Positions 40,124-49,667 of a stretch of DNA of 64,000 bases are shown one piece after another. The DNA is taken from positions 1-64,000 of the IMG/VR virus record IMGVR_UViG_3300038499_000016, one strand, 5' to 3'. A program made the translations under genes and the position numbers. Within the stretch, counting starts at the first letter, position 1; each line of letters opens with the position of its first letter. This DNA is from a virus. Lineage: Duplodnaviria > Caudoviricetes. Under the pieces are notes generated by a model, which was not told where the DNA came from, searched no databases, and saw nothing but the letters and a program-made list of their open reading frames with translations.

Positions 40124-40931
40124 ACAACTTTTCGAAAAGGGTAAATACATCCTCCGAACTTAATGTCTCCAAAGATGTTACCTGTAGATAATGTTTAAGC
40201 CCAGAAACTTCGTCTGCTAAAGAAGGACCAAACAGCCCTAATACAGGGATCCCTAAAGCTATAGCAATATGTAGACCTAGACTGTCTGTTGAGATCATGA
40301 ACTCAGATCGTGAAATCTCATCTACAAAATCCTCAATAGCTATACTCTTTTGACTTTCAGTCTCTAATCCGATTGCCTCAATCTTATCTCGAAGACTTGC
40401 CCATCTATCCCATCTTTTTTCAGGAAGCTTAGGCCCTACTCCCTTATTCAAAAAAATAAGCCCTTTTTCCTTCTTTATAAGTCGATGGGGTAAGAGAAGA
40501 GGCTGATCATTCCACTTCTCTCCAAACAAAGAAAAAAGTTTCTCCGACCAGCTGTTTCCAGAATAAGGAGAACTGATATGTATTTCTTCCCTATCGTAGT
40601 AATATCCCACAAACTTTGAATGTGGTTGCATCAATTTTTTTGCTAACTGGCAAGCTCCACGAGAACTCTCAAGATTAACAATTCTATCCCACTGATAAGT
40701 TTCCAACCCAAGTACATCCAGAGTATTCACCAGATGTATTTTCGAGATCTCTTTAAGCCCATATAACAAAGGGACCGCTTTGATATCAGTAAGCCAATGT
40801 ACTTCTTGATCCCTAAATAAATGCAGAATAGGAGTAGTCCTCAAAACATCTCCAAAACTAACCGCAGCATATGTAAGATCTGGACGGAATGTTTCACAAT
40901 ATCCCGTCTTAATTATCAAAACCCTCTGCAT
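40113..40931 (-). CDS. GT9-like glycosyltransferase
   Basis: GDVLRTTP, KRW, DSLGLHIAIALG..LFGP. Confidence 0.88.
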   Translation of the reverse strand: MQRVLIIKTGYCETFRPDLTYAAVSFGDVLRTTPILHLFRDQEVHWLTDIKAVPLLYGLKEISKIHLVNTLDVLGLETYQWDRIVNLESSRGACQLAKKLMQPHSKFVGYYYDREEIHISSPYSGNSWSEKLFSLFGEKWNDQPLLLPHRLIKKEKGLIFLNKGVGPKLPEKRWDRWASLRDKIEAIGLETESQKSIAIEDFVDEISRSEFMISTDSLGLHIAIALGIPVLGLFGPSLADEVSGLKHYLQVTSLETLSSEDVFTLFEKLYEA

Positions 40932-41769
40932 TTTTTTCAATCTCCACAGAACAATAACCCCATTCCTGAAACCTATTGTTCTTAATCTTCACATCACACG
41001 GATTACACTTAGTTGGATAGGAGCACTTAACCCACACAGGACTCAGCGACGCAGGCGACTCCCTACGAATATCTATAATAGCATCCCTACCCGTATACAG
41101 GTCATAATGGCACTTGTAGACCCTTAAATCTGGACCAACTATTAAATCATTATTACGACACATCACTGAAACATCTTTGTCATAGTGATATTTAAACATA
41201 TCGGGACTGACGGATCTATCAAGATACTCTTTAAGTCTGAAATCTATTCTATATTGGGCGCACACCTCTCTTGTAGCTTTAATCTCTTCTGCCCATTTCG
41301 GATGATCCAGCATATATAAACCAATATTGTATCCACGCTCGACCAAGTACCTCATCCGATCAATGAGAATACTCCTTCCGACTTGCCCTACATGATAACT
41401 GACTCGTATAGAAGGGAATGGTGCCTTTCTATTGAACATTTCTGGAGGAACTTTATCTGAGAATTCCACGACATCAAAATTCAAATTGGTCATCAAATTA
41501 AAGGATTTGCCCTCTAAATTGACCCCTGAAATTATGTCATAAAATTCTGGATGTGTTGTAGGTTCACCACCCTGAAGGGTTATAGGCACGTCCCCAGAAA
41601 TGTTCAGAGAATTGAAAAAAGATATCCAATCAGATGCAGAGACCGTACGCTTACCACTTAATCCATCCAAACGCGTGATACAATAAGGGCAGCTAAGGTT
41701 GCATGAAAAAGTCAAAAAAACAGCTATATAGTTATACCCATCTATTTTCACGTGGTCACAACTCCACAT
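40909..41769 (-). CDS. radical SAM protein
   Basis: CNLSCPYC, GGEPT, C-terminal Cys cluster. Confidence 0.88.
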   Translation of the reverse strand: MWSCDHVKIDGYNYIAVFLTFSCNLSCPYCITRLDGLSGKRTVSASDWISFFNSLNISGDVPITLQGGEPTTHPEFYDIISGVNLEGKSFNLMTNLNFDVVEFSDKVPPEMFNRKAPFPSIRVSYHVGQVGRSILIDRMRYLVERGYNIGLYMLDHPKWAEEIKATREVCAQYRIDFRLKEYLDRSVSPDMFKYHYDKDVSVMCRNNDLIVGPDLRVYKCHYDLYTGRDAIIDIRRESPASLSPVWVKCSYPTKCNPCDVKIKNNRFQEWGYCSVEIEKNAEGFDN

Positions 41770-42517
41770 AGGGCCATTTATTGATCCGGGAAGATCCGTA
41801 TCTCAAAAAAGTACCCTCGTATAGTCGGATATTATGTACAGCGGAAGGAGCCCGCCGGCCTGGAAGGCCTTCTTGTCTTTCTATATGCTCTATTGAATGC
41901 ACACAATGAAGAGTCGGAAGGACCTTCGTACAGTTGTACTTCTCTTTGATGTTGATCTCTGCATAGGTGTGTATCCAGTTATCCCAAGCATATCTACCCA
42001 TAATGAAATTAGGCATGGCATCAGCCATCTTAGCATAGAACTCTTTCGAAGCTATGAAAATATCTGCACTGGACATCTCATCATAAATTCGACGTTCCTC
42101 TCCCTGTATCCTTGCATAGCTCTCTGGCGAATCCACTTCATACGGCAGCTTAATCTGATATCGGGTTCCGGTCATGAAAATATCCGGCCCGTATTTAAGG
42201 ACTATCTGGGCTATCTTATCCGCGAAGTCTTCCAAAATAATGATATCAGAGTTTATGAAACCGACCAGCGGTGTGCTAATCTTTGGTAGGGCCTGTTTGA
42301 TGAGATCATTTATCAAAGGGGAAGATGTTTTGAATTTCAAATCTCGGCCGGTCTTCACGCCCTCAAGAGTTGTCAGACCTGCGTACGTATATAGTTCATC
42401 CGAAATCGCGTAGACAGGTACGGCATTAGCCCCCCAGGAGTATAGAGCGCTACGCTGAATAGGCCCAAACTCTTCATCGAATTTCTTCAGAGCGGTTATG
42501 AAAGATATACAGGACAC
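41756..42517 (-). CDS. GT-A-like glycosyltransferase
   Basis: FINSDII, GRYAWDNW, HxxH. Confidence 0.65.
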   Translation of the reverse strand: MSCISFITALKKFDEEFGPIQRSALYSWGANAVPVYAISDELYTYAGLTTLEGVKTGRDLKFKTSSPLINDLIKQALPKISTPLVGFINSDIIILEDFADKIAQIVLKYGPDIFMTGTRYQIKLPYEVDSPESYARIQGEERRIYDEMSSADIFIASKEFYAKMADAMPNFIMGRYAWDNWIHTYAEINIKEKYNCTKVLPTLHCVHSIEHIERQEGLPGRRAPSAVHNIRLYEGTFLRYGSSRINKWPYVEL

Positions 42518-42526
42518 AGAATCACC

Positions 42527-43486
42527 TTAAATAAATTCCCATTTTTTATCATATGTTCCTGTCTTTCCTGTGAGGGCGTGATTAACTGCCTCCACAATAA
42601 TATCTGCCTTATCTGTTATCGACCAAATACTGGGATTTAAACAGTTATATGTTTCAGCTCTTTGCATACCTTGTTTATACAAAAAATTAGTCTCAACATA
42701 AGGAGCTGAACCGTTTGCCCTGATACCATATCCCGGAACCACCATCACATAAGGTTTATTATACCCCATAGATAAAGTAAAACTACCACTCCAGCCGTGG
42801 ACTCCTGCTCGACACTGAGAGACTAAAGCAAAAAATTTACCCAATGCAGTACCTGACTCATCGTTAAAACAATTATAATCCTCCCACAATAACCGAACTC
42901 CTGCATCTTCCATTCTTTTTAGATCATCTATTGGAAGAAATTTCCTTCCTCCATAAACGACAATGACCCCCTCTAATTTTTTAGAGCATTCTATAACTAA
43001 ATCAAAATTCATGTTTCTAGATTCTTCCTTTACATCACTAGATAAAGGATGAATTAAAATAGAATTCATCATTTTTAAGTTTTCAATATATTTGAATTCT
43101 TTTTCAGTGAAATACCATTCAGGTTTTGTTAAAGGGGGAATCTCGACCCCTTTAATAATCTGACTTACACCGGCACCTTGAAAAAGATGCACATTATCCA
43201 TGTCTTTTGTCGCTTCAATAACCTCTTTAACACCTCCACAGGTAGAATTGGGAATCAAAATATAATCATAAAAAGAATTCTCAATTACACCTCTAATCTT
43301 TTTTGACGCCTCCATAGCCATTTCAACAAAGATTTTTCCTACATACGGATTAGCATGAAAAGGATTCCCTGTATACTTCATTAAAAACATATCTACTTCA
43401 TAACCCTTCTCAACAAATAGACGTGGCCAAGAGGTCGTCCATGAACTATCTCCAAAACCACAACAAGCAATGAGTAATATTTTCAT
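42527..43486 (-). CDS. GT9-like GT-B protein
   Basis: CGFGD N-terminus, ILIHP, SG..LS..YNKP; ATG 43486 with GAGGTG RBS. Confidence 0.6.
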   Translation of the reverse strand: MKILLIACCGFGDSSWTTSWPRLFVEKGYEVDMFLMKYTGNPFHANPYVGKIFVEMAMEASKKIRGVIENSFYDYILIPNSTCGGVKEVIEATKDMDNVHLFQGAGVSQIIKGVEIPPLTKPEWYFTEKEFKYIENLKMMNSILIHPLSSDVKEESRNMNFDLVIECSKKLEGVIVVYGGRKFLPIDDLKRMEDAGVRLLWEDYNCFNDESGTALGKFFALVSQCRAGVHGWSGSFTLSMGYNKPYVMVVPGYGIRANGSAPYVETNFLYKQGMQRAETYNCLNPSIWSITDKADIIVEAVNHALTGKTGTYDKKWEFI

Positions 43487-43566
43487 AATCACCTCTTTCA
43501 TACTTTAAGAAAAGAAAAATTGGATGTGACGTCTGCTGACCACAGGTCTCCAAGCTACCAACTACA

Positions 43567-44292
43567 TTACGTCAGCCACTTGTGGTAGAAAACACTCACA
43601 CTGTCGGTCATATAACCGGCCCGTTGATATGTCCTCAGGGCCGCAATGTTGTGTCCCTGAGTTACAATTTTAACCACAGAAAATCCCATAGAAGCAGCCT
43701 GTTGCTCAACTGACTGGATGAGGGCACTTCCTATGCCCTTGCCCTGCTCACTTTCCGAGACACCGAGCAGATCAATGAATCCTACCCGTTCTTTCGTTTT
43801 CAAGGTGGCAAACCCAACAGGCCGGTCATCCCTCAAGTATGTTAGGAAATGTTGGCAGTATCCCTCATAGAAAGACTTTCTGAACCACTCTCTGTATAAC
43901 TCCTGACTCTTGGCATATCCGAAATGTGGGTCGAGCGAGAATCTACTCTTCCTTGATAACAAATCAACAATAGGAATCAGATCCACAAAATAATGCTCAA
44001 ACGGTTTGTAACATATTCGATTGTTTTGCACTTGTGGCTTAACAGGGTCAATTGGCTTGGAAAGCGTTGTCTTGAAATCAACAAGTAAGAACTGATTGGA
44101 GGAACAGTACTCCAGAAGTTTTAACTGGCTGAAAGATATCTCGACATACAAACATTCAATATGACTCATCCGAGCTTGCTCCAGTGCCTTGTCAAGGTCT
44201 TGCAATCCTACCTGTTCTTCTGAGACTACCAGCCGCCCGATACTGTGACCTAAAAAATCGGTGTCCCACGGAAGTGCCACAATGTTCCCCAT
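43567..44292 (-). CDS. WecD/RffC-like GNAT sugar N-acetyltransferase
   Basis: LPWDTDF, SRF..D, QGKGIG, TQ..N.AALR.Y. Confidence 0.88.
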   Translation of the reverse strand: MGNIVALPWDTDFLGHSIGRLVVSEEQVGLQDLDKALEQARMSHIECLYVEISFSQLKLLEYCSSNQFLLVDFKTTLSKPIDPVKPQVQNNRICYKPFEHYFVDLIPIVDLLSRKSRFSLDPHFGYAKSQELYREWFRKSFYEGYCQHFLTYLRDDRPVGFATLKTKERVGFIDLLGVSESEQGKGIGSALIQSVEQQAASMGFSVVKIVTQGHNIAALRTYQRAGYMTDSVSVFYHKWLT

Positions 44293-44436
44293 GTGTTCCC
44301 TCACACATCCTTCCAGCAAATGATAATACTACGCACACGCATTTATGTTAAATGTTCTTATTGAATTAGAGCTTATTGACACACTACCCGAATCCTGTGG
44401 AGAGTTACGCCTGAGGCATGCCGGTTGAATGCCTCA

Positions 44437-45084
44437 TTAACGATTAGCTCCTGTAAAAAACTTATATTGTGACAAATCTGTATACGGGTCCGGTTCTAAA
44501 AGATTAAAATCAGACAACCATTGCATTAATACCAACCCCCGAGAAGCCTGCTCAGGAGTCATGTAACAATTCCAGCCGGGCATTACCAAAGTATCGTCCT
44601 GTAAGGGCTTTTCATGTCTTCCATCAAATCGAGCCGCACGGAACCATTCAACACTTTCTTTATCATTAGTAAGTATTGCACCTCCTCTTCCAATGGGAAC
44701 AGACTTTTTTGCATGAAAACTCAGACATATGTATACATATGCTTGTTTCGACTCATTTTTAATTTCCATAAACATATTTCTAGATAAGTACTTGGCAGAA
44801 TCGATAATCCCCGTAGGATTCAATTCATACCATCCCTTTTCCTGCCAACACATTTCTTTACAGAATTTTATTCTACCTCCGGCATGCACAATTGCTGAGG
44901 CCACGCTTGGATATGTTATGGAAGGAATTTCTACCTCAGGGAGGACTCTTACACGTAATGGAGGATAATTGCAGCAGAGAACCAAAGCATTGCTACAACT
45001 ATCTACGGTTACAACATGAGGTGCCCCTGTATATTCCGCAATATATCTTTCAAACTCCCGTACACTGCCATATGCATCCATCAT
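44437..45084 (-). CDS. short DegT/DnrJ family aminotransferase
   Basis: DSCSNAL, IDSAK, SFHAKK, GRGGAIL. Confidence 0.85.
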   Translation of the reverse strand: MMDAYGSVREFERYIAEYTGAPHVVTVDSCSNALVLCCNYPPLRVRVLPEVEIPSITYPSVASAIVHAGGRIKFCKEMCWQEKGWYELNPTGIIDSAKYLSRNMFMEIKNESKQAYVYICLSFHAKKSVPIGRGGAILTNDKESVEWFRAARFDGRHEKPLQDDTLVMPGWNCYMTPEQASRGLVLMQWLSDFNLLEPDPYTDLSQYKFFTGANR

Positions 45085-45380
45085 AACACCCTTGTTTTTA
45101 TTTCATCCCAACCATATTTTTTTAGCTCAGCCCAATCGTGTTCTTCTATTTTTTCCCAATCATATTTCTTTTCTCTTATAATTGAAATGAGAGTTTCGTT
45201 TAGTTCGTTCCATGAATCGTGCCTTATTTCATTGTTTTTTCTCGTCAAAAAATCTGCTTGTGTAATTCTTTTAAAATCTGGATTTTCTAAAGAAAATTCA
45301 TCCATTTTGAAATGCTCTTCCTTACACATTTCAAAACACGCCCTGATAAGCTCACACACTATTTCTGACACTCTTCTCAT
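45081..45380 (-). CDS. small helical protein (DUF4254-like)
   Basis: NEIRHDSWNELN, similar to the neighbour's NEERHSLCNALD. Confidence 0.55.
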   Translation of the reverse strand: MRRVSEIVCELIRACFEMCKEEHFKMDEFSLENPDFKRITQADFLTRKNNEIRHDSWNELNETLISIIREKKYDWEKIEEHDWAELKKYGWDEIKTRVL

Positions 45381-45396
45381 ATTATGTTACAGCTCT

Positions 45397-45702
45397 TCAT
45401 TTTAATGTTTCGAAAGTTCTTACGTCTTCTCTGAATTTATAGTCATTTTTCTCAACAATTATTTTTAGTTTAGCATCGAGAGCGTTACACAAAGAGTGCC
45501 TTTCTTCATTTGCTAATCGAGCTTTTTCCATAATTTTACTAATTTTTTCTTCATCCGGATTGTCTTTAGACTGTTCTGCGTGTTTGTCCCAATCAAATTT
45601 AGTCAGCTTAATACAGGCAGAGATAAGTCGATCCAATAAATAAGCAAATGAATCATTATCCGCTATTAATTCAAGCATGTTGATATAATCTTTATTATCC
45701 AT
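45397..45702 (-). CDS. small helical protein (DUF4254-like)
   Basis: LLDRL...IKL...NEERHSL.NALD. Confidence 0.6.
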   Translation of the reverse strand: MDNKDYINMLELIADNDSFAYLLDRLISACIKLTKFDWDKHAEQSKDNPDEEKISKIMEKARLANEERHSLCNALDAKLKIIVEKNDYKFREDVRTFETLK

Positions 45703-46300
45703 TCCAGCATACTCCTATATAAGTCCACACAGCTTTATAGTTACCAATAGTGATTATTTCATCGGTCTGAGAGAATATCACAGGTCTTTCAAAAAAGACA
45801 CCTAAGAGATCTACAAAATCTTCATATGTATACTCATGCAAATGAACTTCAGCCCTACCCCTGGATAATTCTTCTTTAGGTAACTTTTTGGGTGTCGAAA
45901 TAAATAACAATCCTTTAGGCTTAAGACATTTCTTAAGATTTTCTAAAGCTAGGATTCCCTCTTCTTTACTAACATGCTCTATCGTTTCATAACAAACAAT
46001 TACGTCATACTGTCCTTTGACAGTAAGAATATTACCTTGTTGAAAGTCCCTATTTTCACCCCCATAATTTTTAGTTGCGTAATCTACCGTATCATGATTA
46101 ATATCCACACCTGTAACACTTTTACAAAAATCACTTAACATTCTGGCACCATAGCCTGTGCCACAAGCTATGTCTAGCACACTATCGGTTGATTTGAGAA
46201 ACCCCTTAACGAATTTATATCTAACTAAATGATATATTATATGAGGAAGATGCCCAGCCCCATTAAGAATATCAATACCATGAGACGGCGCTGTTATCAT
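45695..46300 (-). CDS. class I SAM methyltransferase
   Basis: H..RY.F, LDIACGTGYG, ETIEH, ISTP; ATG 46300 with AAGGA RBS. Confidence 0.88.
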   Translation of the reverse strand: MITAPSHGIDILNGAGHLPHIIYHLVRYKFVKGFLKSTDSVLDIACGTGYGARMLSDFCKSVTGVDINHDTVDYATKNYGGENRDFQQGNILTVKGQYDVIVCYETIEHVSKEEGILALENLKKCLKPKGLLFISTPKKLPKEELSRGRAEVHLHEYTYEDFVDLLGVFFERPVIFSQTDEIITIGNYKAVWTYIGVCWNG

Positions 46301-46325
46301 ATTCCTTCTCCTAATTATTTCAAAC

Positions 46326-47009
46326 TCATAATTTAATCCATACAATAGAAGTTTGAGGAACTGCATTAATTTCAAGTTTTCTTTCATTAGCCCATTTGAT
46401 AATTTCTGAACATTCCTTAAACCCAGAATAATTCTGTCCACTGAAATGTCTAGCAGTAACTCTAGGATAGTTGGGATCAATCTGAGTCACGACATAAGAA
46501 TCAGAAGTCACCGAGACATCATGAAATACAAGAACCGGATTATGTAACAAAGAAACCCACTCGTTTAAAAATTTAGCGGAAAAAGAATAGATGGCCGGAT
46601 CATGTATATCATAAAAAATAAAATATCTTGAATCGTCCACAATCACTGTCTTAGGATCGATGAGTTTAAAATCACTGCAAATAGTTTTAATATCCCCCAT
46701 ATTGATATCATACTGTAAAAGAAGTTCTTTTTGAATAACTGGCGTAGCATTATTCCAATGTTGATGAGAAATATCTATTGTTGTAAGTCTATTCACTTTT
46801 CTGTTCAAACTTTTTAAGCCATAGGCAAGGGATAAAGTAGAAGCACCAAAATTAGTCCCTATATCGATGACAAAATCTGGATCTGTTTCCACACACAAAT
46901 CGTACAGAAACTTACACGAAACATGATTTTGATTAGGATATCTTGGTTGATTGTATGTTTTATTGAAATGTTCCGTAAAATTCTGGATCAGGGCCTCAAA
47001 AAAATCCAT
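46326..47009 (-). CDS. SAM methyltransferase (Methyltransf_24-like)
   Basis: IDIGTNFGAST, LVFHD. Confidence 0.75.
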   Translation of the reverse strand: MDFFEALIQNFTEHFNKTYNQPRYPNQNHVSCKFLYDLCVETDPDFVIDIGTNFGASTLSLAYGLKSLNRKVNRLTTIDISHQHWNNATPVIQKELLLQYDINMGDIKTICSDFKLIDPKTVIVDDSRYFIFYDIHDPAIYSFSAKFLNEWVSLLHNPVLVFHDVSVTSDSYVVTQIDPNYPRVTARHFSGQNYSGFKECSEIIKWANERKLEINAVPQTSIVWIKL

Positions 47010-47024
47010 GGCATCTCCTATACA

Positions 47025-47654
47025 TTAGATTTTTATAAGCATCAGGATTCGCGGATCATCAACTCCAAATATTCTTGTCAAAGTCTTCTTATAGTTTGGA
47101 CTACCTACAAACGCCATCTCTACCATCTCCTCAGGAGACCATTGAGTATACGTCCCATCTTCTTCTAAGACCAATTTTCGAGCATCAGAAGAATACTCAG
47201 AACAAAATCGATCAAATTTTCTATCCTGAATTAGATTCATAAGATCTCTGAATGGAAGCGGAAACCCATCTCTATGCACATAGTGCGCAGCAAAATAGGG
47301 ATCCATAAAGAACTCAATACCGTCATACTCAACTATAATTCCAATGTGCGTCAACCCGTAAAACGAAACACCGTAATTGTACGGCCTCGTCCTAATTCCA
47401 TACCAATACATAAGTAAGTCAAAAAAAGTTGCATTAAGACCGCACCAACCTCCCGCCTTATATTGCTTAAAATCCCAATAAAGATTAAGAACATTGTTGG
47501 TATGAAAATTCATACGAAGATCAGTTGGTTCCTTAAACCAGGGCACTGTCGAAAAAACAAAATCCCGTACTTTCAAGATATCCTGAAACGTTCGTATTTC
47601 AGGAACATCCTGCAGCTCAGGAATCAACTTAGGCAGGTCATTAACAAGCGGCAT
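47025..47654 (-). CDS. transglutaminase/arylamine N-acetyltransferase-fold protein
   Basis: GGWC...THI...MDPYF suggests a Cys-His-Asp triad. Confidence 0.6.
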   Translation of the reverse strand: MPLVNDLPKLIPELQDVPEIRTFQDILKVRDFVFSTVPWFKEPTDLRMNFHTNNVLNLYWDFKQYKAGGWCGLNATFFDLLMYWYGIRTRPYNYGVSFYGLTHIGIIVEYDGIEFFMDPYFAAHYVHRDGFPLPFRDLMNLIQDRKFDRFCSEYSSDARKLVLEEDGTYTQWSPEEMVEMAFVGSPNYKKTLTRIFGVDDPRILMLIKI

Positions 47655-47698
47655 CTTTCCTCACCTGTTGTTCGATCCAGTTGTAGAGCGACTCACGA

Positions 47699-48709
47699 TC
47701 AATTCGTCCAAGCATAGTCCTCTTTGCCCTCCCGAACCTGCTGCTCTATCCAAGCATAGGCCTTCACAAGACCCTTCCTCAAAGGATAGTCCGGAGCCCA
47801 CCCAAGTTTCTCCTTGATAAGCCTGTTGTCGGACGTCCTCCCCCGCACACCCAAAGGTCCAGAAACATGCTTAATGCGTATGCCTGGCTTCCCAGCGATA
47901 TCCTTAACCATTTCTACCAATTGATTGATGGACACCATCTCATCAGACCCTATATTAAGAGGCCCCATGAAATCAGAATCCATAAACTTTCTAATACCAT
48001 CGAGACACTCGCTGATATACAAAAATGAACGGGTCTGATTACCATCCCCCCAAACCTCTATCTCCCCACCATCAGAAGCCTGAGCTACCTTCCGACACAT
48101 GGCCGCAGGAGACTTCTCACGACCATTACCCCAGGCACCCTCTGTTCCAAAAACATTATGAAAACGAGCAATCCTGATATCTAATCCACGATTCCGATGG
48201 CAGGCCTGATAGACGCGCTCACTCATGATCTTCTCAAAACCATAGTCACTGTCTGGGTATGCCGGATACGCCGAATCTTCCGCTGTCGTAGGATTATCAA
48301 CAGATTCCTGCTTCAACTGATTGTATACGCAGGCTGAGCTACTAAAAAACAACTTCCCCACCTTAGTCCTACAAGCCATTTCTGAGGCATTGATATTCAA
48401 CAGCAGGGAATCATGAACAATCTTTGAATCATTGTCCCCCACAAAGATCACGCCCGCGCCTCCCATCCAGGCACTGAGCTGATAAACCTCATCAAAAGGC
48501 TTACCACTCAATCCACGAAACACAGACCTACAAACATCAAAATCCCTGAGATCCCCTATCACATAATCATCTACCTCATTCTTAAAAGTATCACTGTAGG
48601 GAAACTCCTTAATATCCACCGTCCTTACCCAAAATCCCATACACTTAAGATCCCGGGCAAGATGATGCCCTATAAAACCATGCCCACCAAGTACCAATGC
48701 CGTTTTCAT
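47699..48709 (-). CDS. GDP-mannose 3,5-epimerase-like SDR
   Basis: GGHGFIG, AWMGGAG, SSACVY, YGFEK, RFHNVFG..G.W..GREKSPAAMCRK, GVRGR.SDN. Confidence 0.88.
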   Translation of the reverse strand: MKTALVLGGHGFIGHHLARDLKCMGFWVRTVDIKEFPYSDTFKNEVDDYVIGDLRDFDVCRSVFRGLSGKPFDEVYQLSAWMGGAGVIFVGDNDSKIVHDSLLLNINASEMACRTKVGKLFFSSSACVYNQLKQESVDNPTTAEDSAYPAYPDSDYGFEKIMSERVYQACHRNRGLDIRIARFHNVFGTEGAWGNGREKSPAAMCRKVAQASDGGEIEVWGDGNQTRSFLYISECLDGIRKFMDSDFMGPLNIGSDEMVSINQLVEMVKDIAGKPGIRIKHVSGPLGVRGRTSDNRLIKEKLGWAPDYPLRKGLVKAYAWIEQQVREGKEDYAWTN

Positions 48710-48722
48710 AACAAACGCTCCT

Positions 48723-49532
48723 TTACTCCAACCATATGATTCCATTCCGATTTATTTCCTGAACCCCTCCCAAACCCCAATCCGACCCATTCTTGGTATA
48801 CCCACTCGTTTTGAAATTCCAACGAATATCCCCGCAGTCAGTCCGCTTAAACCCATTTGACCATGACGAAGCATGCCGCCAATGAGTAAAACACCCCAAA
48901 TTCACAACAGGCATCCTCAACAAATCCGCCATGATGTACACCATAAACGCATCCTTATGAAGCTTCTGATCTGGAAATGCCTCACAATATCCAGTAGTCT
49001 CAAACCACGTACCCCTGTCAGCGAGCAGGAAATCACCGGAAGCATTCATGTATCCCTTATTCTCTTCTATCTTGTATTTAGCATCCAAAGGGAACGCCAC
49101 ACGCAAATAATCCGACTTAATATCTATTCGATTGGCACGATACACCGTCCGCTTAGAAAGCTCTCCCTTCAGCTTACTTACCAGTTCCGGATCAAAAATC
49201 ACATCCGAATTAGTGCAAAGTACGAACTCTCCTAAACACCTGCGAATAGCCGCATTCTTGGCTGCCCACTCCCCAAACATCTCCGGCGTTGAACAATACT
49301 TGCATTGAAACTTAGGATGAATAACATAGTACTTCACCCTACCACCAAAAATGTTTCTCAAAAAATCACAAGTCAGGGGCTTATCCAGAATAGGGTTCCA
49401 CTCTACGAAAATGAGCTCCGAATAAGGCATACTCTCAATATGCCGAGCCAGGCTTATCGCTAACCGCTCATTGAAATCACCATCATAGTTGTCATTCCGA
49501 CCAGTAGTTATGATGGATAGACTGAATCCCAT
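48723..49532 (-). CDS. GT-A-like glycosyltransferase
   Basis: GRNDNYDG, KNAAIRR, TNSDVIF, SGDF. Confidence 0.7.
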   Translation of the reverse strand: MGFSLSIITTGRNDNYDGDFNERLAISLARHIESMPYSELIFVEWNPILDKPLTCDFLRNIFGGRVKYYVIHPKFQCKYCSTPEMFGEWAAKNAAIRRCLGEFVLCTNSDVIFDPELVSKLKGELSKRTVYRANRIDIKSDYLRVAFPLDAKYKIEENKGYMNASGDFLLADRGTWFETTGYCEAFPDQKLHKDAFMVYIMADLLRMPVVNLGCFTHWRHASSWSNGFKRTDCGDIRWNFKTSGYTKNGSDWGLGGVQEINRNGIIWLE

Positions 49533-49583
49533 GAATTTTTCCAGTGTTGCTGCTGTTGCCGAAAATACATAAAGAAAAAGAGT

Positions 49584-49596
49584 ATCAGTAGATTAT
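49584..49596 (-). promoter_or_regulatory. phage promoter-like motif ATAATCTACTGAT (leftward)
   Basis: left arm of an 18/20 inverted repeat (49581-49600 / 49611-49630); heads the 18 kb minus-strand glycan operon. Confidence 0.75.
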
Positions 49597-49614
49597 TAGG
49601 TATGGGACGGCCTA

Positions 49615-49627
49615 ATAATCTCTTGAT
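49615..49627 (+). promoter_or_regulatory. phage promoter-like motif ATAATCTCTTGAT (rightward)
   Basis: right arm of the inverted repeat; upstream of 49668. Confidence 0.75.
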
Positions 49628-49667
49628 ACTTCCTATAAGGAATACGCAAACACCAAAAAGCAGAAGC

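Noticed and set aside
44365-44376. Ninth promoter motif copy (minus strand ATAAGCTCTAAT)
   Set aside because: One base shorter and mismatched in the core relative to the other eight copies.
44412-44436. Terminator or attC-like site near the WecD-like gene
   Set aside because: An 8 bp hairpin is present but has no U-tract and no RYYYAAC/GTTRRRY ends.
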